Assembly: GCA_965242695.1 (NCBI GenBank)
Contig: CBDESU010000001.1
Span: forward strand, 1,248,001-1,312,000
DNA length: 64,000 nucleotides
Reading direction: 5' to 3'
From: Cenarchaeum sp.
GTDB taxonomy: Archaea > Thermoproteota > Nitrososphaeria > Nitrososphaerales > Nitrosopumilaceae
Shown here: in pieces, positions 1 to 9,357 of the stretch
Layout of the letters: the number at the start of each line of letters is the position of its first letter
How positions within the stretch are numbered: position 1 is the first letter of the stretch
Notes under the pieces: generated by a model
Database searches by the model: none
The model's input: only the letters and a program-made list of their open reading frames with translations
What the model was told of the DNA's origin: nothing
Made by a program: the position numbers and the translations under genes

Positions 1-297
1 GCGCACGTCGAGGTTGCCAGGGACGTGCGCGTGTATGCTGCTGCGGCTGCGCGCATACCTCTTGAACTTTGTAAAGTAGACGGGCGACTCCTTCTCAATG
101 ACGACCGTGCCGCGCGCCTTTGCGCTCACCACGGTCCCCTCGAAGAGCTTGCCGCGTATGCGCAGCGAGCCGTTGAACGGGTTGGCCGCCTCGGACGGGT
201 CGGCCGCGCGCGGCGGATCCGCCACGTCGAGTCCGATGTTGGCCGCGCCCCTTTTCGCCCCGGCGCCGCGCCGCGGGCCGCCGTCCCTGTCGGCCAT
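1..297 (-). CDS. rps17: 30S ribosomal protein S17 (runs off window edge)
   Basis: Manual translation from ATG at 297: ...NIGLDVADP...NPFNGSLRIRGKLFEGTVVSAKARGTVVIEKESPVYFTKFKRYARSRSSIHAHVP; TAATG overlap with the upstream gene; expected position after Rpp29. Confidence 0.93.
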   Translation of the reverse strand, partial: MADRDGGPRRGAGAKRGAANIGLDVADPPRAADPSEAANPFNGSLRIRGKLFEGTVVSAKARGTVVIEKESPVYFTKFKRYARSRSSIHAHVPGNLDVR

Positions 298-776
298 TAT
301 GCGCCTGCACCCCCACCAGCCCGCAGGCCCGGCGCGGCTCCCTGCGGCAGCTTTGCGCGCAGCCTGTCCTCGGGCCTGCGCGCGATCAGCGAGCCGTCGA
401 TCTCGGCGCCATCCCGAGCCGCATTCCGCCCGGGGGCGGCCTCGAACCGCCACACCGAGCCGGCCTTCGGGTAGGCCCTGTACGGCCGGCCCCCCCGTCG
501 CTGCCGGCCGCCGCTCGATTCCATGAAGTGATCCTCAATTCCCGCGCCGCCGCCAATGCTGGGGCGCGCTGCGCCGCGCAGGGGCGGTCGCTGGGACAAG
601 ACCAGCATGTTCTTTGTCTCTTCGACCACCATTCCAGAGGCGCCCACTATTCCCCGGTTGCACGAGCGCACTACGCTGGCGCGCAGCCCGACTAGCTCGC
701 CGCGGTACAGGTCGGACAAGGCGTCCAGGGGGGCGCGCTGCGCCGCGCCGGGCCGCCGGGCCGCCGGTTCGATCAT
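297..776 (-). CDS. rnp1: Ribonuclease P protein subunit Rpp29/POP4
   Basis: ELVGLRASVVRSCNRGIVGASGMVVEETKNML...YPKAGSVWRF...IDGSLIARRPEDRL; lies between L29 and S17. Confidence 0.88.
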   Translation of the reverse strand: MIEPAARRPGAAQRAPLDALSDLYRGELVGLRASVVRSCNRGIVGASGMVVEETKNMLVLSQRPPLRGAARPSIGGGAGIEDHFMESSGGRQRRGGRPYRAYPKAGSVWRFEAAPGRNAARDGAEIDGSLIARRPEDRLRAKLPQGAAPGLRAGGGAGA

Positions 777-1045
777 TTGGACCCGCCCCCGCTGCCGGCG
801 CCGTCGGCGGCACGGCCACCACCCCTCCTAGGCCTGCCGGCCTTTTCAATCCTCATCTCGCTGAGCCTTGTCATCATTCTTGCCACGTCGCGGCGCATCG
901 GGCGTATGTTGCCGCTCTCTTTTTTGATCGTGCCCCTGCCGGCCTCGCCCCTTATCTTGACAAGGTCGGAGCGGGCCTCTTGGAGGCGCGAGCGCAGATC
1001 CTTTTCGCTCATGGCCCTGATGGCGCTCATGCTCTTGCGGGCCAC
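773..1045 (-). CDS. rpl29: 50S ribosomal protein L29
   Basis: IRAMSEKDLRSRLQEARSDL...NIRPMRRDVARMMT; operon position. Confidence 0.92.
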   Translation of the reverse strand: MARKSMSAIRAMSEKDLRSRLQEARSDLVKIRGEAGRGTIKKESGNIRPMRRDVARMMTRLSEMRIEKAGRPRRGGGRAADGAGSGGGSK

Positions 1046-2052
1046 TACGCGCCGCCCTCCTGGATTCCGGTCGCATCGCCGGCGGGCGAGGGTGAGTGCG
1101 AGTCGCCGGCGGACGAGGGTGCGGGTGCGGATGATGGTGCGCTCGAGTCGCCGGCGTGCGAGGGCGAGTGCGAGTCGCCGGCGGATGAGGGTGCGGATGA
1201 GGGTGCACTCGAGTCGCCGGCGGACGAGGGTGCGGGTGCGGATGATGGTGCGCTCGAGTCGCCGGCGCCCCCGCCGCGGCCGCCCCTCTTTTTGCCGCCG
1301 CGGCCGCCGGCGGCGCCGTTCGTCGTTCCCGCTCCGGCGGCGCGCACGCGGCTAGACTGCTCGCGGTGCCGCTCGCGCGCCTCGCGCTGCTCGCGCTCCC
1401 TCTGCTCTCGGTCGCGCTTGCGCCTCTCGCGCTCGCGCTCGCGCCGGGCCACCTCCCTGGCATCCTTCATGTCGAACTCGGGCTCGTAGCGGTCGGCAAG
1501 CGCTATGCGTATGCGTATTCCGATCAGCCCCATGGGGGTCTTTACGTCGATTACATCCTCGCGGACGACGCGGTCGGCGTGGTCGCCGGCGCGCGGCAGT
1601 ATCCCGGCCGTCTGCTTCTCGAACGCAGACCTGTCGCCGCGCAGCTTGCCGGACACGGTAATCTGGACCCCGCGCGCGCCGGCCTCCATTACCTGCTGCA
1701 GCGTCCACATCATGGCGCGGCGGAACGCCGTCCCCCTCTCGAGGTGCGAGGCCATGCGGCTGCACATCACGCTCGGCGACAGGTCGGGCCTGTCGATCTC
1801 CTGCACCGACACCTGCGGCCTGTTCATTCCGTGGTCGCGCTCCAGGCTCTCGGTCAGCTCGCGTATGGAAGAGCCCTTGCGGCCGATCACGATGCCCGGC
1901 TTTGTGACGCGCAGCGTCACCTCGTGCGATCCGTCAGACTTTAGCCGGATCTCGGCCGCGTCGAGCCCCGCATCGCGTATCCTCTCGCGCAGAAAGTCCT
2001 GCAGGAGCATGCGCTCGTACTTGTCGTTGATCACCTGCTGCACTATCGACAC
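1045..2052 (-). CDS. rps3: 30S ribosomal protein S3 with long Arg/Glu-rich and Ser/Ala/Pro-repeat C-terminal tail
   Basis: KH motif [16 protein letters not shown]; ERGTAFRRA; [15 protein letters not shown]. Confidence 0.96.
   Translation of the reverse strand: MSIVQQVINDKYERMLLQDFLRERIRDAGLDAAEIRLKSDGSHEVTLRVTKPGIVIGRKGSSIRELTESLERDHGMNRPQVSVQEIDRPDLSPSVMCSRMASHLERGTAFRRAMMWTLQQVMEAGARGVQITVSGKLRGDRSAFEKQTAGILPRAGDHADRVVREDVIDVKTPMGLIGIRIRIALADRYEPEFDMKDAREVARRERERERRKRDREQREREQREARERHREQSSRVRAAGAGTTNGAAGGRGGKKRGGRGGGAGDSSAPSSAPAPSSAGDSSAPSSAPSSAGDSHSPSHAGDSSAPSSAPAPSSAGDSHSPSPAGDATGIQEGGA
1075..1270 (-). repeat. Imperfect tandem repeats encoding [10 protein letters not shown](AP)SSA / GDSHSPS in the S3 tail
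   Basis: gagtcgccggcg recurs near 1100, 1145, 1172, 1211 and 1256; all spacings are multiples of 3. Confidence 0.85.
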
Positions 2053-2056
2053 GCCG

Positions 2057-2518
2057 TCACACCTCCCTTGCGACGACTTCTACGTGCGTCATGACGTCGT
2101 TGCGCGGCGTGGCCCGCCCCTGAGCGCGCGGTATGAACCGCTTTACCGAGACGCCCTTGTGCGCGGCGATCCCGACTATGCGGAGCCGTGCGCCGTCGAG
2201 CCCCTTTACGTCCGCGTTGTGCTCTAGGTTGTCGAGGAGCTTGTTCACCTCGCCGGCGGCCTTTACTGGGTAGCGGCCGGCCATCACGCCGGTGTCCGAG
2301 CGGTGCCCGACCTGGTTCTTGAACCGGCGGAACGGTACGGCGCGCTCCTTCTTGATGACGGCGCTCAGGAAGTCGCGGGCATCCTCGATCTGCATGCCGC
2401 GCAGGGCGCTGGCGATCTCGCGCGCGTGCTTGTGCGATATCTTGACCTCGCGGAGGGAGGCGCGGACGTGCACCGACGGGTCGTATCCCTGAAAGGCGTA
2501 CCCGAACCTACCGCACAT
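2057..2518 (-). CDS. rpl22: 50S ribosomal protein L22
   Basis: [16 protein letters not shown]...[13 protein letters not shown]...GRYPVKAA...[12 protein letters not shown]; start could be 2527. Confidence 0.95.
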   Translation of the reverse strand: MCGRFGYAFQGYDPSVHVRASLREVKISHKHAREIASALRGMQIEDARDFLSAVIKKERAVPFRRFKNQVGHRSDTGVMAGRYPVKAAGEVNKLLDNLEHNADVKGLDGARLRIVGIAAHKGVSVKRFIPRAQGRATPRNDVMTHVEVVAREV

Positions 2519-2526
2519 GGCAACCA

Positions 2527-2958
2527 CTACTTTAGGGGCACGTACAGGCTAGAGCGCGATGCGCCGACGCCCGGAGCGCCGTGCGAGACGCGCCTTCCGC
2601 TGAGCGAATATTCTCCTATATAGTGCCCAATCATCTCGGGCTTTATCTCGACCTCCTTGAACTCCTTGCCGTTGTACACGTGGGCCGTGGTGCCGACCAT
2701 GAACGGCAGTATGATGAGGTCTCGCAGGTGGGTGCGTATGCGGGGCGGCGGCGCCCCTCCGGCGCCCTCCTTTGCCCCGCCTCCGCCAGCGGCGGCCCTT
2801 GCCGCGCGCATCCGGGCGATCACCTTGCGCTTGCCGTCGGTGACGCCCCTCTTGAGCGACCGGCGCTGGCGCGCGCTGAGCAGGCCGCGCAGCTTGTCGA
2901 TGGGCATCTTTTCCAAGTCGGCCTGTGCGACCCCCCTGTACTCGAACTCCTTTACCAT
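2527..2958 (-). CDS. rps19: 30S ribosomal protein S19
   Basis: MVKEFEYRG...IRTHLRDLIILPFMVG...PEMIGHYIGEYS...HGAPGVGASRSSLYVPLK. Confidence 0.96.
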   Translation of the reverse strand: MVKEFEYRGVAQADLEKMPIDKLRGLLSARQRRSLKRGVTDGKRKVIARMRAARAAAGGGGAKEGAGGAPPPRIRTHLRDLIILPFMVGTTAHVYNGKEFKEVEIKPEMIGHYIGEYSLSGRRVSHGAPGVGASRSSLYVPLK

Positions 2959-3011
2959 TTGCGCGTTCCTCGCACGCGCGCGCCAATCTAGGGGCCTATT
3001 ATAGGGTTGCA

Positions 3012-3027
3012 GTATGTATATAAAGAG
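3012..3027 (-). promoter_or_regulatory. Putative archaeal TATA box upstream of rps19
   Basis: TTTATATA on the minus strand in GC-rich context, about 60 bp upstream of the ATG. Confidence 0.5.
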
Positions 3028-3092
3028 GAGGGGCTATCGGAGGGCAGCGGCTGTGAAAACGGGCATCATTGGAGGCACGGCACAATCCGCAG

Positions 3093-3267
3093 CCTGGCAG
3101 GCGGGCCGCTGCGATCGCCGTACGCAGTGCGATCCGCGGCCAGGCTGCCGACATGGCTCCCCTGGCAGCAGGCTAGCGATCGCCGTGCACAGGGCGGCTT
3201 GAACTCGGTGCGGCCCTCGTCGTCGAGCTCGCTCTGGCAGCAGGCTAGCGATCGCCGTGCACAGGGC
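3093..3267. repeat. Repeat-spacer-repeat locus A: exact 34-bp repeats at 3162-3195 and 3234-3267, 38-bp spacer, degenerate third copy at about 3093-3130
   Basis: ctggcagcaggctagcgatcgccgtgcacagggc twice, period 72. Confidence 0.9.
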
Positions 3268-3620
3268 AGCGCTTCCGCCGTGCCAGGGGACGGCCGAGGG
3301 GCAGGCCAGCAGCCGTGACGGAGCGCAGGTCCGACTGTGGCATCGGCAGGCCGGGCGGCTCCCGCCGCCGCAGCGTGAAAGGCGCGCCGTCCCCAAAGGA
3401 GCCGAGCCGTACGGCCGGCATCCGGCCCCTCTCCCTCCCCCAGGCATCAGGCCCTGTCCAATGCCACGAGGCGCGGGCAGGGGCGGCCGGGGCGCTGCCA
3501 GGCACGGAGCCAGGTCCGATCGCAACTCCCCGCGCATGGCGGCCCCTGTGCCGCCCGCCGCTGCGCCGATCTGCGCCCGCGCGAGGACGGCGGCAGGGCG
3601 GCGGGCGCGAGCCGCTGCCC

Positions 3621-3732
3621 CCCCCCCCCCAGGCCGGCATCCCTGCCCCGCGGCCGCCCGGAGGCTCGCAGTACCACAAGGAGCCGGACGGCACCCCCCC
3701 CCCAGGCCGGCATCCCTGCCCCGCGGCCGCCC
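3621..3732. repeat. Repeat-spacer-repeat locus B: 39-bp repeats (including a C run), 34-bp spacer
   Basis: C10-aggccggcatccctgccccgcggccgccc at 3621-3659 and 3694-3732, period 73. Confidence 0.88.
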
Positions 3733-3761
3733 CAAGGCGGCGCGGCGGCCGCAGTACGCAG

Positions 3762-4139
3762 TCAGAGCATCCCCATGTCGCTGGCCAGGTCCTTTGCCTT
3801 TTCGGCCGTCTCGAACTTTACAAACGCCTTTTTGCCGTAGATAGTCCGCGACGTATTGACCGACGCAGAGCGCTGCCCGTACAGGACCGACACGGCCTCG
3901 GCTATGTCGGCCTTTGAGGCCGTCCGCTCCACTATAAAGCACACCTTGGCCTCCCCCTCTACCATTGCAAACGTGCGCTCCGTGTTGTACGGGCGCAGCA
4001 CGATCGTGTGCGCCCTATCGACCGTCATTGGCGGGCGGCGGGATCGGCCCGAGGGCCGCCCGGCGGAACTTCCGGCCCTGCCGGCGGCGCCCCTGCCGCG
4101 CGAGAGGCGCGAGCCGAGCGAGCCGAGCGACGGCTTCAC
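3762..4139 (-). CDS. rpl23: 50S ribosomal protein L23 (start may be ATG at 4028)
   Basis: PYNTERTFAMVEGEAKVCFIVERTASKADIAEAVSVLY...VNTSRTIYGKKAFVKF; GTGA overlap with the L4 stop. Confidence 0.93.
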   Translation of the reverse strand: MKPSLGSLGSRLSRGRGAAGRAGSSAGRPSGRSRRPPMTVDRAHTIVLRPYNTERTFAMVEGEAKVCFIVERTASKADIAEAVSVLYGQRSASVNTSRTIYGKKAFVKFETAEKAKDLASDMGML

Positions 4140-5239
4140 TGCGGGCCGCCCTCCTCGCCGTCCCGACCCGCCTTTCCGGCCGCATCCGCTCCAGCCTCCG
4201 CGGCCGCCGGCGCCGCCTCCGCGGCCGCCGGCGCCGCCTCCGCCCCGCGGCCGCCGGCGCCGCCTCCGCCCCGCGGCCGCCGCCCGCCGCGCCTCCTTTC
4301 GCGCACCCTGCCGGCCAGGGCCGAGGATGTCGTCCTTCCGATCACGTCGAGCGCATCGGGTGTGTACACGACAAGGCGGCCCGGCTCGGAGCCGGGCGCG
4401 AGGTCCAGCACGCTCAGGTCGCCGGCTCGCACGACGTCGACGCCCGGTATCGAGCCGGCCGCCCGCGAGAGCGCGGGCGGAGGCGCCGGCCGCCCCGGCA
4501 TGGCCTCCTGCCCCCCGCCGTCTTCCGCTCCGCCCCGGGCGGCATCCGGGCCGGCAGCAGAGCCTCCGTTCTCGCCTCCCCCGACCACAAACAGGACGCT
4601 CTTGCCCGCCTTTTTCGGCCTGCCGCGCAGCGCCGAGCGGCCCGACCGCGAGCGCCGGCGCGCAAGGCGGTCCGCGTCAGGCCGCAGCCCAAGGGCACCG
4701 AGCACGCCTGCCAGCTCCGAGGCGCGCGCGATTCCCTCGACCTCGCCCGAGACCACAATCGGCAGGTCCCTGCCGTCCGGCAGGCGGTGGCCGCGCCCCT
4801 CGACTACGCCGCGCATGGCGGTAGCCGCTATTGCGGACCGGAGCGCAAGGCGCCGCTCTGTCCTGTTTATCCTCTTGTAGATGCGCTTGCTGGACCTTGG
4901 CGGGTGCGCCTGCCTGCCGCCCCTCGTCGATGCAACCTCGCCGCCCTCGCCGCCGCGCCCGCCGGCGCCGTTCGCATTCATGCGCGCCACGCGGGACCTC
5001 CCGTGGCCCGTCGGCGGGTCGAGCGAGTCTGCAGAGTTGTCCATGCCCGCCGTCGGGTGGACGCCCTTTGGCTGGTACCTGTGCGAGTCGAGTATCGTGT
5101 ACGCCTTGTGGACAAGGTCGCGCCTGAACGGCGACGAGAAGGCGTCGGGCAGCGCGGCCGTCCGGCCGGCCGCCGGCGAGCCGTCGAGCCCCAGGACCGC
5201 GACCTCGGACGGCGGCGCGCCGCCCCCGGCATCGCTCAT
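4136..5239 (-). CDS. rpl4: 50S ribosomal protein L4
   Basis: FRRDLVHKAY...QPKGVHPTAGMDNSA...TGHGRSRVAR...GGRQAHPP...LDLAPGSEPGRL; ATG at 5239 overlaps the L3 stop. Confidence 0.95.
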   Translation of the reverse strand: MSDAGGGAPPSEVAVLGLDGSPAAGRTAALPDAFSSPFRRDLVHKAYTILDSHRYQPKGVHPTAGMDNSADSLDPPTGHGRSRVARMNANGAGGRGGEGGEVASTRGGRQAHPPRSSKRIYKRINRTERRLALRSAIAATAMRGVVEGRGHRLPDGRDLPIVVSGEVEGIARASELAGVLGALGLRPDADRLARRRSRSGRSALRGRPKKAGKSVLFVVGGGENGGSAAGPDAARGGAEDGGGQEAMPGRPAPPPALSRAAGSIPGVDVVRAGDLSVLDLAPGSEPGRLVVYTPDALDVIGRTTSSALAGRVRERRRGGRRPRGGGGAGGRGAEAAPAAAEAAPAAAEAGADAAGKAGRDGEEGGPQ

Positions 5240-6507
5240 GCAATGACCTCCAGTATGTTCGGCCGCGCCGCCTTTTTGGGCGCGTTGCGCACCTGCGCGC
5301 GCATCTTTACGAGGCGCCGGTACGTGCCGGGAACCGATCCCCCGAGCACGACATAGTCGCCGCGCACTATACCAAAGTGCTTGTACCCGCCGGGCGGGTT
5401 GATCGCGGTGCGCGCCGCCTCGGCGGCGGCCGCCGCGGCGGCCGACACGGCCGTGCTGCGGCGCGGCTTGCCCCGGCCGCGGCGGCCCTTGCCCTTGCGC
5501 CCGCCCTTGCCGGCGGCAGCGGCCTCTTCGGCCACGGCCTCGGCGGCGGCGGCCTTTGCCGCGGCGGCCTCGTCGGCCTCGCGGGCCTCGGCGGCGGCCT
5601 TTTCGGCCCTGGCCCGCTCCTCGTCGGCGTTGCCGACGGCCATCACCCTCTTGTTGTACTCGACGCGCTGGTGGAACCCCATCTGGCCGGCGCGCGGAAC
5701 CGTGTACATGACGTACTGCGGCGATATGGGGCCGAGCGAGCCGATCTCGCGGACGGTCTTGCGCGACTTGTGCTGCTTGCGCTTTGCGCCCATGCGCTGT
5801 ATGACGCCCTGCCATCCCTTGCCCTTTGTGATGGCCGCCACGTCCACCCCCGAGCCGGCATCGAGCACGTCGCCGACGCGCACGTACCGGCCAAGGTTGT
5901 CCAAGAGGTACTCGAACTTTGCGGCCGCATCGCCGCCGTCGACTGCCGACTCGAATATGTACGGCCTCTTCTGCTCCAGGCCGGCGGCCCTGGGCGAGAC
6001 GGCCAGCACGGCGACGACATCCTCGACGCCCCCCAGCATGGCCCTGGCCCTCTCGAGCGGCGCCGCGGCGGCGCCCGCTCCGCCGTCCTCGCCCTTGGCC
6101 GGAACCGCCACGTGCCTGGGCATGTACTTTGAGAATTCCTTTGGCACGTCCTCGGCATACACGTCAAACGCGGCGCGGCGCCCGCCGTTGTCCCTCCCGT
6201 ACCCGCGAATGCCCAGGACGAACACGGGCGGCGTCACGATTACGGTGGCCGCGCTTACCAGCTGCTTGCCGGCGTTCGGCGTGTGCTCGCGATCGTCGAT
6301 CGTGACGAGCTGGACGCAGCCGGCCTTGAACCCCGCGTGCGCGAGCAGGCGCGGCTTGGGAGCGCCCTTTTTGTCCCCCCCGCGCGGCGCGCGCGTAGAG
6401 GCCGATGCGGGCCACCCGCGTATGCGCGCCTCCATGCTCTTTGCGCGCTTGCGCGGATAGTACGCCATGCTCCCGCGGCGCGGCTGGCTGTGCTTGCGGT
6501 GGCCCAT
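5236..6507 (-). CDS. rpl3: 50S ribosomal protein L3 with an internal Ala/Glu/Lys/Arg-rich insertion
   Basis: MGHRKHSQPRRGSMAYYPRKRA...GFKAG...TKGKGWQGVIQR...PRAGQMGFHQRVEYNKR...GSVPG. Confidence 0.97.
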   Translation of the reverse strand: MGHRKHSQPRRGSMAYYPRKRAKSMEARIRGWPASASTRAPRGGDKKGAPKPRLLAHAGFKAGCVQLVTIDDREHTPNAGKQLVSAATVIVTPPVFVLGIRGYGRDNGGRRAAFDVYAEDVPKEFSKYMPRHVAVPAKGEDGGAGAAAAPLERARAMLGGVEDVVAVLAVSPRAAGLEQKRPYIFESAVDGGDAAAKFEYLLDNLGRYVRVGDVLDAGSGVDVAAITKGKGWQGVIQRMGAKRKQHKSRKTVREIGSLGPISPQYVMYTVPRAGQMGFHQRVEYNKRVMAVGNADEERARAEKAAAEAREADEAAAAKAAAAEAVAEEAAAAGKGGRKGKGRRGRGKPRRSTAVSAAAAAAAEAARTAINPPGGYKHFGIVRGDYVVLGGSVPGTYRRLVKMRAQVRNAPKKAARPNILEVIA

Positions 6508-6587
6508 CGCCCGTCACGCTCCCCGCGGCGCGGCGGCCTGACCGTGCGGCGGCGCAACCGTGCGGTTCATCGGCGCGGCGGCCGAGC

Positions 6588-6601
6588 GTTTTAATATATA
6601 C
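6588..6601 (-). promoter_or_regulatory. Putative TATA box of the ribosomal operon
   Basis: TATATATTAAAA on the minus strand upstream of rpl3. Confidence 0.5.
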
Positions 6602-6764
6602 CAATCCTTCCTATTCGGGACGCAGGCGCGATCGCGGCCGCCGGGCCGGTCCTGCCCCGCGCCGCATCCCGCTTTCCAGCCCCCGCGCCCCGAATTTCCC
6701 CCTCTTCCACGGCCCGGCGGCGGGCAGGCCAACCCATAAAGCGCCCGCGCCCGCGCCGCCGTCC

Positions 6765-7061
6765 GTGGCGTCGGCCCTGGTAATCCCCATACTGATCGCC
6801 GCCGCAGCCGGCCTGGCGGCCTACCTGCTGTACAGGCTCGTCATATACGACATGGCGTGCGCCAGGTCGGTGAGGTCCACCCTAAAGCACCACGGCATAC
6901 CCGAGACGCCCCTGCAGATCATACTAGAGTTCCACCGCGCCGCCGGCAGGCCGATCGCCCGCGAAGAGGCCGAGCGGCTCGAAAAGGAGTACCGGCAGGC
7001 CGATCCCGGCAGGTTCCTGGCCATGTACGACGAGATCCGCGAGGGGCGCGCCCGGCAGTGA
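6765..7061 (+). CDS. Small protein with an N-terminal transmembrane helix
   Basis: In-frame GTG at 6765; VIPILIAAAAGLAAYLLY hydrophobic stretch; typical codon usage. Confidence 0.7.
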   Translation: MASALVIPILIAAAAGLAAYLLYRLVIYDMACARSVRSTLKHHGIPETPLQIILEFHRAAGRPIAREEAERLEKEYRQADPGRFLAMYDEIREGRARQ

Positions 7062-7073
7062 CGGCGCCCGGCC

Positions 7074-7949
7074 TCAGCGATCGCCGTTGTCCGCGATCGG
7101 TATCTGCACGAACGGCGTTGCGCCGCTCTCGCCGACCACAAGCGGCAGCTTGCCGTCCCACTCCTTGGTCTTGAGCCACTCCATGTAGTGGGGGTTCTCC
7201 GAGAGCGCCTTGTTTATCGTCGAGATCGCCTCGGCCTCGCCGCGAGCCTCGGCTATGTTGGCGTTGGCCCGGCCGGTCGCCTGCGCCTCGAGCTGCCTCG
7301 CCTCGACCTCTATGCGGAGCAGGTCGTTCTCTGCCTTTAGCGCCTTTTGCTCGGCCTCGACCTTTGACTCGATGGCCTTGGCGAAGAGCGGCGAGAACTC
7401 GAAGTTTGTGATCGAGATGACCTCGGTCACGACGTTGAACTGCGCGAGGCGATTGCTTATGGACGACTCTATGTCCTCCTTGACCAGCGGCCTCTTCGTG
7501 ATCAGCTCCTCGGCGTTGTAGTTGGCAGTGACCTGCTTTACCGTCTCCTCAATGGCCGGCTGTATGACGCGGTTCTCGTAGTCTAGGCCGAGCTCCTTGT
7601 ACAGGACGTGCACAGAGTCCCTGGCCGGGTAGTAGTTTACCGTGACGGTCGTCTCGACCGTCTGGAGGTCCTTTGACGCGCTGCGCGTGTTCTTGTCGTA
7701 CTTTAGGGTGCGCACCTCGATGGGAACCACGTCGTCCTGGAAGGGGACGACAAAGTGGAGGCCCTCGTCTAGCGGCGGCTGCGACAGGTCGACCGCATTC
7801 CAGTGGAGCAGGACGCCCTTGTGTCCCGCGTCCACTATCTTTACGGACGCGAACGCGACGACGCCGATTATGATGATCGCGACGATGCCGATGGCGATCC
7901 CACGGGCCACGCCCGCGCGGACGGGCCGTGGCGACTCGTACCTAGACAC
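7074..7949 (-). CDS. SPFH/Band 7 (prohibitin-like) membrane protein
   Basis: N-terminal TM; VDAGHKGVL...EGLHFVVPF...SKDLQ...FSPLFAKAIESKVEAEQ...WDGKLP. Confidence 0.93.
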   Translation of the reverse strand: MSRYESPRPVRAGVARGIAIGIVAIIIIGVVAFASVKIVDAGHKGVLLHWNAVDLSQPPLDEGLHFVVPFQDDVVPIEVRTLKYDKNTRSASKDLQTVETTVTVNYYPARDSVHVLYKELGLDYENRVIQPAIEETVKQVTANYNAEELITKRPLVKEDIESSISNRLAQFNVVTEVISITNFEFSPLFAKAIESKVEAEQKALKAENDLLRIEVEARQLEAQATGRANANIAEARGEAEAISTINKALSENPHYMEWLKTKEWDGKLPLVVGESGATPFVQIPIADNGDR

Positions 7950-8206
7950 GGCGGCGCGCCGGCAGGCCCCCTATTATACCATGCAGGGCGGCGCAGATCC
8001 GGCCCCGCGGCTGCCTCGGAGCGGCCCAAGGCCCCCGTCCGGCCGCGCCCCCTCCCGTGAACGCCGCTGGCGATCCGCCGCTCACCCCCTCCCCGGCGGC
8101 GGGTGGCCCGCGGCCCGCTCGTGGCCCCGAGCCTCCCTTCCCCAAAGCGGCGGCGGACGACCCCCTGTGGCCCGCCTGCCGCGGCCGCCCGCCCCCGGCG
8201 GCGCCT

Positions 8207-8422
8207 CTACACGACCTCTACCATCGTCTCGGTGCGCTCGACGCCCCGTATCGCGTGGATCTCGGCGGCGACGTCCTTTATCTGTGCCAGGCTCTCGACT
8301 CGTATGACGGCGACTGCGTCAAACTGCCCGCTCACCGGGAACGAGTCCTCGACCGAGCCGACCTTGCGCAGGCGGGCGGCGATGAGCTTCTTTGGCGACT
8401 TTACCAGCATGACCGCCCTCAC
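8207..8422 (-). CDS. Lrp/AsnC ligand-binding (RAM) domain protein
   Basis: VRAVMLVK...VSGQFDAVAVIRVESLAQIKDVAAEIHAIRGVERTETMVEV; GTGA overlap with the upstream paralog. Confidence 0.82.
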   Translation of the reverse strand: MRAVMLVKSPKKLIAARLRKVGSVEDSFPVSGQFDAVAVIRVESLAQIKDVAAEIHAIRGVERTETMVEVV

Positions 8423-8658
8423 CAACCCATGTTCACCTCCACCTCGATCATGGTCTCCGTCGTGACGATCCCCTTGATCCTCTTGAAGTCGATGATCGCC
8501 GAGTTGATCTCGTCGATCGACCCGTGCAGCAGCACGCACACGTCGGCCCTGCCCGTCACGACCAGCGTGTCCTTGACGGGGCGGCGCTTGCGGCGCAGCA
8601 CGGCGGTCACCTCGTCGACGAGGCCCGGCCCGACCGTCACCATGCACAGCGCCCGCAC
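8419..8658 (-). CDS. Lrp/AsnC ligand-binding (RAM) domain protein
   Basis: VRALCMVTVGPG...VVTGRADVCVLL...IKGIVTTETMIEV. Confidence 0.82.
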   Translation of the reverse strand: MRALCMVTVGPGLVDEVTAVLRRKRRPVKDTLVVTGRADVCVLLHGSIDEINSAIIDFKRIKGIVTTETMIEVEVNMGW

Positions 8659-9357
8659 GCCCGCGGGCCAAGCCCTGATGTAGATAAGGGTTTTTGCGCA
8701 TGCTGCGGCCAGCCCGCTGAATGCACACGGCAGGCCTTTGCGGGCGCTGTCAGCCCCGCCTCCCCCCCCCCCCCCCCTTGCTACCAAGGCCGCCGTGCAG
8801 TGTGTCCCTGCGCCGCCCGTGTCCAAAGCCGATCGCCGCGCGGTGCGCAGGGACGACATCCTCGAAGCGGCCCGCGTCCGAATGCCAGGCGGCCCGGAGC
8901 GGGCGCGCTTCCGCATCGCGAGAATCGAGAGCGCGGCCCCGCGGTGCACCTAGACGGCCGCATCCCGCCGCCCGACGATTGCCTGCATCCCTGCCGCGCA
9001 GCATGCTCGTCAATGCCGTCGGCGTCAAGGCCAGCCATCTCCCTACAGTACGCCGGCGCCCCGTTGCGCCGTCCCGCCCGCGACAAGACGGCGGGCAGGC
9101 CCAAGCATGCAGGCACGGCACCGAGTCCGCACCCCAAGCGGGGCGTCCTGCACATCCGGGATCCCGCCGGTGTGATCCCGATCCTACGCTCCCGCCCCAC
9201 GCCTCGATATGACAGTGCACATCCATGCCACCTCCGCATCGCGTCCCAATGCCACCGTTGCGTGCTAGGGCACCACACAATGCGCCCTGCCGCCAAGGTC
9301 AACGCCGGTCGTCACATGCGGGAGAGGAGGCAGAGTAGCGCAACGCATGCCAGCGTC

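Noticed and set aside
2959-3761. Missing rpl2 between rpl23 and rps19; ORF 3034-3942
   Set aside because: No L2-like sequence in any listed frame; as I recall, rpl2 lies elsewhere in this phylum (not verified here); the long ORF is GC-rich noise overlapping rpl23
8700-9350. Several overlapping short ORFs
   Set aside because: No recognisable motifs; Pro/Arg/Ala-rich composition typical of spurious frames in high-GC DNA
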